Positions 12,450 through 23,379 of a stretch of DNA of 64,000 nt are shown piece after piece (within the stretch, counting starts at the first letter, position 1; every line of letters starts with the position of its first letter). The DNA lies in NCBI GenBank assembly GCA_030704615.1, contig CM060734.1, positions 41,602,001-41,666,000 on the forward strand. Reading direction: 5' to 3'. The notes beneath the pieces were generated by a model. That model was not told where the DNA came from, made no database searches, and saw only the letters and a program-made list of their open reading frames with translations. This DNA is from Takakia lepidozioides. Lineage: Eukaryota; Plantae; Bryophyta. Both the position numbers and the translations under genes were made by a program.

Positions 12450-15400
12450 ATTTCAGAATAAACAACATGCCTATTGTAGTTTCTAGTCTGAACAACCTGA
12501 GAGTCCTAAATGTTATGCTTAGCAGTTTCTAACAAATGCAAACGATGGGTAGTGAGTTGGGTGAGGAATTCTTCCCTTATGACTAGCTCCTCAACCTGAG
12601 TGTCTAGCACAGGAACATGAAGAGGTGTGCGGCCCTTACGACCGTACAACAATTCAAATGGTGCAAAACGAGTACTGGCATGTACAGAGGTCCTATAAGC
12701 AAAGATGAGAATGGATAGAGTAATATCTCACTCTTCAGTGAGTGCACCGTTCTTCTCCAATAATTGGCACATCGTCTTGTTGAACCTTTCAGTAAGCCCG
12801 TTGCATTGGGGTTATAGGGAACAGTCAAGCGATGTTTGACATCTAAATTTAAACACACAACCTCCATCAACTGGTTGCAAAACTCCGTACCCTAGTCAGT
12901 GAGAATTTACAGGGGACAACCATGGCGTAACAAGATTTCATCAAAAAAAAATTGAACCACCTCGTCGCTGTCCTTAGCAATCAATGGTCGAATCTCTACC
13001 CACTTAGACAGGTAGTCAGTAGCCACACATATGTAGCTATTGCCCTTTGTCGTAGTTTTGAGAGGACCGACAAGATCAAAACCAACCCTGGCAAACATCT
13101 TAGTCACAAGAATTGGTTGAAGTTTAAGAGGAGCCACGGTTCTAGGCAACAGGATTTTGGACTTACATGGAGCATACTTAGCAATGAAGTCCGTCACATC
13201 CTTGATTAACCCCTTCCAGTGGTATTTTGCCTAGAGTTTTTTGACAGTTTTGTCAGCACCCAAATGACCAGCATAAAGAGAGTTATGGTAAAGCTAGATA
13301 AGCAACTTACCTTCATGGGTAGATGCAGACTACACTGACTCAGTTTGGACTGCAATTTGCAATTTTCGACTGAACTGCTTGTCATATTATTCATCACCAT
13401 ATACACATAAGTATATATTCATAGCAAATGGACTTAGAATGGGTTAGCCACTTATCATATGTACATATGGGTACAATTATTTTGGAATTTGGATGAAATC
13501 TTATGAAGCTATGGACTTTCGCAGGGAATTCCAATGGACTGTTACAGTCCATTTACTGTCCCAAATGCCATCTGAAAAACCTATTTATGTAAACCAATTC
13601 ATTATATGGACTTTACAACTAGATACACAATGTTTGAATAGATACAAATATAAATTTGTGAACAATTCCATCCATCCATCAAGACACTATGGATTTTTTT
13701 GTACAAAAACAAAACCCCAAAATGACGATTTGTCCATGGCATTTTGAAAATTCATATTTCGGTGGAGATTTTTGCTAAGAATATATATATATATTGTTAT
13801 TGTCTCTAGGAGCTTATTGTTATATGGACAAATTTCATAAACTACAAGATAATAATAAATAGCTATTATTTCATAAAATTGTTTTTAAATATATATATAA
13901 TAAAAACTATCTTAAATATTTGGGATGAGATCATTTACTAAATATGATTAGTATACCATTACCTATGAAGATAAAAATATATTTGAACAAATATCTTTAA
14001 TTAAAATTTAATTATTTTTTTCTCATGGACTTTCAGTGAAGGGCACATCTGCCGCTTTTGAGCCAGTGTAGTCTGCACTTATCCTCATGCTCCCGATAAG
14101 AGGGGAGATGATAGTTTACTTGCCTGAGGGTACAGGAAGAGAGGCCCTGCAGATGAGTGTTGGTCTTACACTTCTACAGGAGGGCTTTGTGTAGTAGATC
14201 TTCCACGTCTGCAGCCGCCATAGCCAGCCCTTAGGTTAGTGTGAGCACATAGGGAGTGTCCGCCTCAGTGAACTTCATAGCAGGACTTAGCAAGAAGTTC
14301 GGGCAAATAGCAGAAAACAGCAGGGTACTAAAGAAAGAATGAGAAGTATCATACCTGGAAGATGACATCAGGAATATGACAGTACTCTATGAATTCTCTA
14401 TCCAGCAACAGTGGCAAACAAGGCTAGCAAATCTGGACCATCAAAACCAGAGGAAGGCATAGGTGAAATGCCAGAGGGAAAACACTTAGCAAGATCATCC
14501 AAAGAAGCATAAGGAGTAGGAGACTTAGGCTCGCTTCGTGTATGAGCATCAGCATTGTTGTTGGCATTGCCCTTCTTGTATTGAATATCATACTCGAACA
14601 TTTAAAGAGTTGAAAACCGGCAAGCCAGGCGACCCGAGAGCTCATCATGAGGGGTCTTGAGAGCTTTTAAAGGCAGATGATCAGTCTGAACAACAAAAGG
14701 ACATCCATGAAGGTATTGCCTGAAATATTTCACCCCAAAAATGCACCGGGTAGAATCACATGTCGCCCAGCGATTTAGGAAAAGTGAAAAAAAAAAAACA
14801 CTGATGAACATTGCATTAATAAACCAAAAATATTATTATTACAAAAAAGGTAAAACAAAGCATAATATGAAAAATCCCAAGAATAATATATGAAGTTAAT
14901 GCACGCATGCGATCTCTGACAAAATGGTAGGCTGATCTTCGACATATTGAATCTTCCCCGACCTCTCTTGAGAGTGACATGGAACTGAAAGGAGTATAAT
15001 TTCAGCCTAGCTAACAATGGATTACAAAGAGAGGGATTATAAACTCTGGTCGGGGTTTACACGGTGGGGGAGTGTAATTCCACTTGTGATTACATTGAGT
15101 TACACGACAAGAAGTGTAACTCACACTTGGTCTCGAAGTTTGATTAAGTCCAAATTTGACTAAGTTTAAAATGGAATAAGCGGAGTTACACAATAAAGTG
15201 GGGTGACACATTCAAAGGCATCGGTTTGTAAGATAAAGGGCTGGGAAAAGTTAGGAAAGACTAGAATGAGCGCATTTGTGAGAGCAATCTTAAGTTGTTC
15301 AAAGGCAGTGATTTATGAACGCCCCCAAAAAAATCGAAAATCTTTGCATAATAAGCGATTGAGTGCAGTAGCAATATGAGCAAAGTGCTTTATAAAACGA

Positions 15401-15979
15401 CGGTAATAGGAAGCTAACCCCAGAAAGGCTCGGATATAGTTCTTGTCACGAGGGGTGAGATACTCCCAAACCGCCTGGATTTTGGCAGGGTCAAGGCTGA
15501 TGCCTTTGGCACAGAGCAGGTATGTGGCAGGTATCCAAGAAAGTGAAGCTTCGTCATGCAAAGGTCATGCTTTTTGGCCTACACTTTTAAACCAGCTCCT
15601 CTAAGCTTGCAGATCACTCTTTTAAGATCCAACATGTGAGCATCAAAGCCAGCTGAATAAACGTTGATGTCATCAACGTATACCAATGCACATTCCCAAT
15701 GTAAGTTCCCAAGCACCACATCCATGAGACGTTGAAAAGTGGCAGTGGCATTACACAAGCCAAATGGCATGGTTTCAAACTGAAATAGACCCATCTTACA
15801 GGTGAAGGCAGTCTTTTCCTTGGCAGAATCTATAAGAGGAACCTGCCAAAATCGCGCAGCAAGAGAGGAGAGTAAAATAGCACCATTGAGTTGATCCAAG
15901 GTATCATTGATACGAGGTAAGGGATATATATCATTTTTGGTCAAAGCATCAAGATGTCTGGAGTCAACACAAAAACGGG
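12450..15979 (-). pseudogene. Host Gypsy pol relic (RT C-terminal part, RNase H, integrase)
   Basis: ORF fragments 15579-15944 (YPLPRI, MPFGL, YVDD), 15313-15561 (FLGLASYYRRFI), 12907-13197 and 12604-12870 (integrase core); many stops and frameshifts. Confidence 0.9.
13328..14073. mobile_element. Non-autonomous TIR element (TGCA-target family), copy 2
   Basis: TIR gactacactgactca / tgagccagtgtagtc (14 of 15 match); TGCA on both sides (13324-13327, 14074-14077); AT-rich interior; inserted just upstream of the host integrase zinc finger. Confidence 0.85.
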
Positions 15980-16275
15980 TGTCAAGTTATTTTACCACTA
16001 GTGTGAAACTAGCTAGGAAATAGCTAGCTTTTACATATTGACATTTGGGATTGGCCCAAGTGTCAATCCAGGGGTCAAGGCAGATTTAGGCCCTGGAGTG
16101 GTTATCTTCACGGCAAGCGCGGAAGGCTCATCTTTCTCGAGTTGAGCCTCACCGCGCCTAGCTATGGCGCCGTAGTGTGGATTCCCCATGGCGTGGGGTG
16201 CACTTGGCTTGACTTGTATTTGAGTGATGAGGTTATATATGCATGAGCTTGTGCTTGTATTCTTCTTCTTTATCA
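15980..16275 (+). repeat. Terminal repeat A1
   Basis: Matches 26776-27102 except one substitution and a 31-bp indel between gcatgag microrepeats. Confidence 0.95.
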
Positions 16276-16291
16276 CTCGAGAAAGATGAGC
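16276..16291 (+). promoter_or_regulatory. Putative self-priming primer-binding site
   Basis: ctcgagaaagatgagc directly after ...TATCA is the exact reverse complement of gctcatctttctcgag at 16126-16141; no TGG-type tRNA PBS. Confidence 0.75.
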
Positions 16292-17819
16292 TCGTATCTG
16301 TGAGTGCCAAATACGAGTTAGTTGTAGCACTTGTGGTTTTTGCTTGAGAATGAGAGAAACCATGTTGTTATGCAAGGAGCACCGTGGAGCTCTTGGTTGT
16401 TAGAAGCGGAGGCGATGTGGGTTACGAGGTGGTAAACCTTGGCATGCGATCTTCAGCTTCAGAGATGAAAGCACCATGCTGCAGGTAATTCCAGAGCACC
16501 TTGATGGTTTCAGATTGTGTACATGCATGAGCAAGCACGATTGGGAAGAGGACCAGTCAAGAGCAGGTTATAGTGACTTTGGTGGCAAAGCTGAGAACTG
16601 GACTTGGGAATGCGAGATTTCATTGTGTGAAGGATTGCAAGACCAAGCGAAAGGGCTGATTTGGCTTGGGGCAAATCAGTGCACTTTGTGGAGTATGGTG
16701 AGATTGGGTTTCAATCTCGAGCTTCAGCATTGAGAGGGCTTTTGGCATGGCAAGAGCAGGGCTGGAACAGGAGCTAAGAGGTGCGGCAAGGCCATGGAAT
16801 GTGCACCTAGGGTTTCAGAGCTTGGAAGAAGAGCTCTTGCACCACAAGAGAAGTGTCTTGTGGCTGGAAATGTAAGCCTTAGGGTTTTAGGAGCTTGGCA
16901 AAGGCTGTGGAGTGCTTAGTCTTGTCTTAGAGAGTATCAAGGAGCCAAGGAGCCAAGATAGGGGGCTGATATCTCTTGTGTGAAGAGGTTGCATGTGTGG
17001 AGCATGTATTCAACTCATTGAAGCTTCCATCTTCAAGCTTGGAGGGCAAGCAAGGAAGAGGGAAGGGCTGACTTCCCTTATATGAGGGCAATGCATGTGT
17101 GGAGCATGCTATCAGCCTGGTGAAGGCTTGCACTTTCAGGTGTGGGAGTGCAAGAAAGGAAGGAAGGGGCTGGTTTCCCTGTAGGGCATGTGGAGCATGC
17201 TTTCAGCCTGCTTTCAGCCTGCTGAAGCTTGTATTTTCAGGTTTGTGGGTGCAAGAAATGAAGCAAAGGAGCTGATTCTCTTATGGTGAGAGTGGGGCAT
17301 GTGTGGAGCATGCCTTCAGCCCATTGAGGCTCTTGTTTTCAAGCTTTAGAGAGCTAGAACGGAAGGTCTAGGGCTGGTTTCCACTTGGAGTGAAAGAAAA
17401 GCACTTGTAGGGCCTATGTGAGTTGGGGTTTCAACTTCAAGCTTGAAGGGAGCGCAACTCTTGAAGCAGCAGGTGTAGGGGGCTGGAATAGGCTCTAAGA
17501 CAGATGCTATGGCCAAGGAGAGTGCTTGAATGAGTGCTCACAAGGGCTGGGAACCAGCAGGGCTTGGTTGTTTGCCATTGAGTTTAGTGGCGTGTTTGGG
17601 GAGGCTAAGCGAGAAAGAAGGCTTGGTTTGTGGCAACCACCTCATGGCTTAGGGCTACTATGGTGGTGTGTGGGAGCCAAAAGAGCAAGAATACCTTGCT
17701 GATTTCCTCACAGCCGCCATAGCTCGGTGGAAAGAAGCCTAGAGTCCAAGAGACACAAACCCTAACTTGGCGTGGCTAAACCCCTTGGAGAAATGGCTAA
17801 ACTGCCAGAGCGGCCATGG

Positions 17820-18470
17820 ATGGGGCTGTGACGGGCTGTGCCTGAGGCTGTGAGGGGCTGTGACGGGCTGTGAGGGGTTGTGACAGGCTGTGCCCGTGGC
17901 CTTTGGGGCTATGAGGGGCTGTGACAGGCTGTGCCCAGTGGCCTGTGGGGCTGTGACGGGCTGTGACGGGCTGTGCGAGGCTGTGACAGGTTGTGCCCAG
18001 TGGCCTGTGGGGCTGTGAGGGGCTGTGAGGGGCTGTGACAGGCTGTGCCCATGGCCTTTGGGGCTGTGATGGGCTGTGAGGGGCTGTGACAGGCCGTGCC
18101 TGAGGCCTTTGGGGCTGTGACGGGCTGTGACGGGCTGTGACGGGCTGTGACGGGCTGTGCCCAGTGGCCTGTGGGGCTATGACGGGCTGTGCCCAGTGGC
18201 CTGTGGGGCTGTGATGGGCTGTGAGGGGCTGTGACAGGCTGTGCCCGTGGCCTTTGGGGCTGTGAGGGGCTGTGACAAGCCGTGCCTGAGGCCTTTGGGG
18301 CTGTGAGGGGCTGTGAGGGGCTGTGAGGGGCTGTGACAGGTTGTGCCCAGTGGCCTGTGGGAGTGTGATGGTTGTGACCAGTGAGCTGTGTGGGCCTGTG
18401 CTGGTCTGTGGTGGCCCGTGTTGACCTGTGGACGGCCTGTGCTGACTCGTGGAGGCACTGGTGGACTGCC
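17820..18470 (+). repeat. G-rich minisatellite (10-mer gggctgtga[c/g] with higher-order units) in the element leader
   Basis: Many (g/c)gggctgtga units interspersed with tgtgcccagtggcct[g/t]tgggg. Confidence 0.95.
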
Positions 18471-19115
18471 TAAGGACTGGCATGTGGTCTGGAAGGCCGA
18501 ATTTTGAAGCTCGTGGAGGGCGGTTTGAGGAGTATCTTCATGATATTCCCATGGTCATGCAAGTGAGGGAAGAGAGGAGAGGAAGAGTGTTGGGATGAGG
18601 GCATGCTGGGGTTAGGCATTGCTTTAGCTTCTCTTCCTCGTAGTTTCCACCCTCTCATTAGGCCAAGACCTTTCCGTAGGTGGAGGCAAGAGTCAGTCCG
18701 GGTTTGGGCTGGGGTGTCCTTGCAGGAGCAACACCGTGGAGTTGTTTTTGGTGTGGGGGAGTTGTCGTTCTGATTTCTTGTGTTTGGATCCCCTCCATAC
18801 CTGCATGCTTGACTGTGCGCCACGCTAGTTTTGTGTGGGCACTTGTTTTTATAGGTGATTGGTCCGGATTTGATCACCGGCCAGTCCTAGAGCATGCTGT
18901 CGATGGTGAGGCTGGGGTGATGACCAGCCAGACCATCATTGTTTCTCCTGTGGTGAGGTTGGAGGTGATGACCAGCCAACCATAGGAGTGCTTGCGGTGG
19001 ATGCAGGTACAGGTGTAGGCTATGTTAGGAACTTAGTATTCCAAACCATAAGCCGCAACAGGTTCTCTACCCGGTTACCTTGTGGAGAGGGGGTTAGGGA
19101 CATGTTCATGACCGG

Positions 19116-21806
19116 TTGAGTGTCAACACGGAGGTACCACTAGTTGCTGGGGACAGTGCCGGTTCGAGCACTAGCGATACTAGTGGGTACACGAGACGAG
19201 GTGTGCGGTTTAGGCCACCTTCACCTCCTGTGTCTTCCACGGAAGGTTCTGATTCGGATTGTGAATCAGGAGGACTCATACCGGCGGTGCAAGTTGTTTC
19301 TTTGCCATTGTTGTGGGACACAATGGAGGAGATGTATGGAGCTACCAAGGGGCCACGAAGGTACTCTGGGGCGGTGGGCACCATCGAGTTGGATGATTTT
19401 ATCCAAGAGTTTGATAGTTGGTGTGATTTGCAGCAAATGCGCAATCCACAACTATTTACGCCGTTCATGGCATGGAAAGGGCTGTTTCAGCATCTTGAGG
19501 GGCCGCCTATGGATGATTACCATGAGTTCAGGCGGGGGCATGAGGTTGAGATCGAGGAGTGGAGGATGTACTGGTCACCCGACTATGTCTCCATCACTAG
19601 GGGCACTAGAGCCACGAAGGCAGTGGCTACACCTGCCGCTGCACCGGCAGCTTCAGCAAGTAGCAGTGGAACTAGTGGGACTGGTGGTACAGTAGCTACG
19701 ACGTCCACCTAAGCCACTACCGCACCAGCACTAGCACCCGTGCCTGCCTTCAACCCTGTTGTGGAGTTCTTTGAAGAGTTGAGAGGGAACTACTAAGGGG
19801 TGAGGACAGAGAAGTTGCGGAGCTTGCAAGAGTTCCAACGGAAGCCGACCGAGAGCTTGAGGGAGGCTTTCACTCGCATGAGGCGCTTGATAAATGTTAC
19901 GGAAGCTCAGGCAGTCCAATTCTGGTATGGGATATTGGACAAGGAGCTGAGGAGAAGGGTGCGGGATGCAACTCTCCTACAAGCGGCCCAACCCACCTTA
20001 GCAGATGTGTTTTTGCTGGCAGAGCGGATAGAGCTCAACATGGTGGAGGAACGAGTGGTCATGGCGGGATTTGCTAAGGAGACACCACGGGGTAGTGGTG
20101 CTCCTAGCCAACCACTACCTCAACGTGCTCAAGGCAACAAGGGGGCTCAGGTGAAGCTCAAGGAAGGGCAGAGAGGAACTCAGATGCAGGGGTCTCTCCC
20201 TTCATTTGCTGGCCAACAACAGACGGATGTGGTGTGCTGGACATGTGGAGGACCCCATGTCAAAAAGGATTGCCCAGAGGGAGGCAAAGGGTCGGCACAT
20301 GCACAGCCTGCACAGTTGCAGTGTGGGCATTGTGGCAAGCACGGGCATGGAGAGGCCCAGTGTTATGGTTTGCATCCTGAGTTGCGCCCAGGCCAGTTCC
20401 AAGGGAACAATGGTGGCCGGGGGCGAGGTGGAGCAGCCCAGAGAGGACGAGGTGGCCAGCCACGAGGCCAAGGGCAAGCTCAATGTGGCCAAGGACGCGG
20501 AGGTCAGGGTGTTGACCAAGGCATGGCCAACCGGCTTCAGCAGCTAGAGCAGAGGCTCGCTGCCATGGCTACAACTCAGGTGGTACCGGCTCTAAGGCCG
20601 GATGGTCCACCTCCTGCTCCTGAGGGAGGAGATATGGGAGGCATGGGATTCATGTGTGGAGCAGCACTACCAGTAGTGCAGGTGGAGTCTGCTGCAGCCG
20701 TGACTCGAGGAGCAGCACGAGTTCCTGAGCCACGAGGTGCAGAGGTGGAGTTGGATCCACAGCGTGGGGAGGCAAGCCGTCAGGCTAGGCTTCCTCAGTC
20801 ATTCACATTGGCGGAGACAGTGTCGACGCCATCCATGGCACCTAGTTCTCGCCCGACGGTTACCGAGGCAGAGGTTACTATGCCATTAGGGAGAGCTACA
20901 CGGGTAGCACCACTACCTAGTGTTGCCAAGGCTGCGGCAGCTAGTGTACTGCTAGGAGCGGCCACATCTGTGTGCCAGGCTCCATTGTTCTCGGCTACCA
21001 TGATTGCGACGCCGGGGGTAAAACCAGCTGAGGTGTTCAGGCTGGCAGCTACACTATGTGAGAGTGGGGAGGTTACTTCATCTTCTGCGGAGATAGTGGG
21101 AGGTGTAGTGCCGGAGGGATCCTCGGATTTGAGGGTCAAGACTGCCACGGCGGCGCCATGGCAAGCTGCAGCTGCCAGGTTGATGGAGCTGCCAGCTAGG
21201 CCAGCCATTGAGCACGCCATGGTGACACCTGGAGTTGTCATGTTAGACAACCAGGATGGCATTTTCTGTTTGAGTGGACCGGCAGGCAAGAGGTACCGGC
21301 CACTGCGGGTCTTGTTGGACTCGGGAGCTCAGCCATTGATGCTGGGCAGAGCTGCTATTGCAGGCTTGGGCCTCACGGAGGCGGATATGGAGCCTTGTCC
21401 TTTCCAGATACAGACGTCTCTGGGAGGATCGGAGCAGGCTCGGGGCATGACACGGCGTGAGTTGGCTATCAGACTACGGCCGGATCACCCTACAGATGGC
21501 TCAGTGATGCGAGCCAAGGCCATTGTGACAGACGCAGTCTCATACGATGTCCTGGTTGGTGGGGCAGTGTTGTACCCCATGGGCTTCACCCTGGATTTTT
21601 GGGAGGAGTCAGCTTCCTATAGGCCTGCATGGCAATCAGGGGAGGGCCGACGTGTGCAGCTCCCTGTGACGTTCATAGGAGGAGTTGCGGTTGCCCAGCG
21701 AGGCAAGATGCCGACACTAGCAGCATTCACAGCGGCAATGAGTTGGCCTAGAGAGTTGCTTGAGGGCAATGCTCATTCAGAAGATATACCACCTCTGGGA
21801 GAGTAG
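19116..21806 (+). pseudogene. Gag (two zinc knuckles) plus aspartic protease of the DNMT retroelement
   Basis: CWTCGGPHVKKDC and CGHCGKHGHGEAQC knuckles, an RGG-rich tract and VLLDSGA protease motif; in-frame stops at 19710 and 19794. Confidence 0.9.
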
Positions 21807-22028
21807 GATGACATGTATGGTATGGCGGAGTTGCCTACCATGGTTGCTCAGACTCCATTGTGGGGCACGAGCAAGGATTTGCAGCGGGATGCTGATCGAC
21901 GGGTGCAACAAGCCTGGGTGGAGGCTTTTGTACCGTCAGGAGAGGAGGAGAGTGTGGGGATTGCACCAAGACCACCTCAATTGTCTCCATTGAACACCAC
22001 ACCTATTGTGTGGCAGTATCCGGACGAA

Positions 22029-22990
22029 GGCATTTGTCTTCTGGACTTGTTTGGCGGGATCAGCACCGGATTGGCTGTTGTGTTACAAGCAGGTGTACGA
22101 GTTTGGCGTTACCTGTATGTGGAGAGGGATGAGACTGCACGACGCGTTTCACTTCGCCATGTTGCTCAGTTGGTGCAGCGGTACCCTGAGTTGTTGTCGG
22201 TGTCTGCAATTCGTGGATATCAGCAGGCCTTGCCAGCAGACATTTCGTTGCTGGGGGCGCAGGATTTGGAGCGAGTTGGCTCCATTGATCTGGTAGTGGC
22301 AGGTTGGCCTTGCCAAGGGCATTCATCAGCCGGGCATGGCAATGGATTGCGAGACTCGAGGTCGGGTCTGTTTTGGGAGATGGTGCGGGTTTTGCGCCAC
22401 TTGCAGCTTCATCAAGCTGTATCTCCAGCATACATCTTGGAGAATGTGCCACTGATGGACGATTCTCGGGCCAGGGTGATGGCCAGTGTGCATCAAGTCC
22501 GGTCGTGGCTTGGGTCAACAGTGTTGCTAGATGCAGCTACAGTGGGGTCACGGGCTCATCGTCCACGGCTATGGTGGACTAACTTGATGCCACCCGCACT
22601 GCTCAAGCGTGCATTTGATGGGGTGCAGCGGCCAGCACATCTGACAGTGGATAACATTCTGGACACAGGGAGGCAGTCTCAGCGTGTGAGACACGATGAC
22701 CGTTCGCCTTTGGCAGTGGTCAACAAGGTGGGTCAACCACGAGCAGCATTACCTACACTGCTCAGCTTCCCAGGATCGCATGCTTTCCGGGATAGTGGAC
22801 GTGGCCTCTTGTAGGATGCTCAGTTGCAGCAGTTAGTGGAGCCTAATGCTGACGAGCGTGAGCGGGCAATGGGTTTTACCACTGGTACCACGGCGGTGTC
22901 GTCTCTTTCTGAGGCATTACGTCGTCAAGTGTTGGGGCAAGCAATGGATCTCAATTGCTTGACCTGGATTATCAGCTTGGCTCTGGCTGA
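22029..22990 (+). pseudogene. DNMT3-like C5-cytosine DNA methyltransferase domain within the polyprotein
   Basis: Motifs in linear order: I LLDLFGGISTG, II YVERD, III ADI, IV AGWPCQGHS (catalytic Cys codon 22311-22313), V DSRSGLF, VI ILENV, VIII HRPRLWWTN, IX ERERAMGF, X RRQVLGQAM. Same frame as gag-PR; one in-frame TAG at 22812. Confidence 0.93.
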
Positions 22991-23379
22991 GCAACGCAGA
23001 GTGCGGAGTACTTCCCTCAATGGTCTCTCTGCCTACTGAGACGGTACAGGCAGTGAGTGGGGGCGAGCATGTGAGGACCACGGGGTGCATGCATCCATGG
23101 CACACGTGGGAGGTGCTCGAGGTTCAGAGGGAGTTGGCAGCCAAGGCGGCTGTGATGGATGAGGTTGGGGATTCTTCTCGGGTTGAGGAGGTCCTCAAGG
23201 ATGAGATGATGGGGCAGGATGAGGCCTTGTCATTGACTGAGCAGGCAGGGAGTACTGCTCAAGAGGTTGCAACATAGCAACCACTGGACGCGTCCTCTAC
23301 CTCTAAGCCCACTGGACTTAAGGTTGCAGTTACGGAGGACAATTGGGAGCCTGACATTGGACCCATTGTCACCGGAGGA

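Noticed and set aside
14761-15208. Possible solo LTR (tgtcgccc...gggtgaca) inside the host RNase H
   Set aside because: It is foreign sequence, but has no TSD and no second copy here; not classifiable.
17797-18483. 228-aa Pro/His/Thr-rich ORF, or a CRISPR-like array
   Set aside because: It is the antisense translation of a stop-free minisatellite; no unique spacers.
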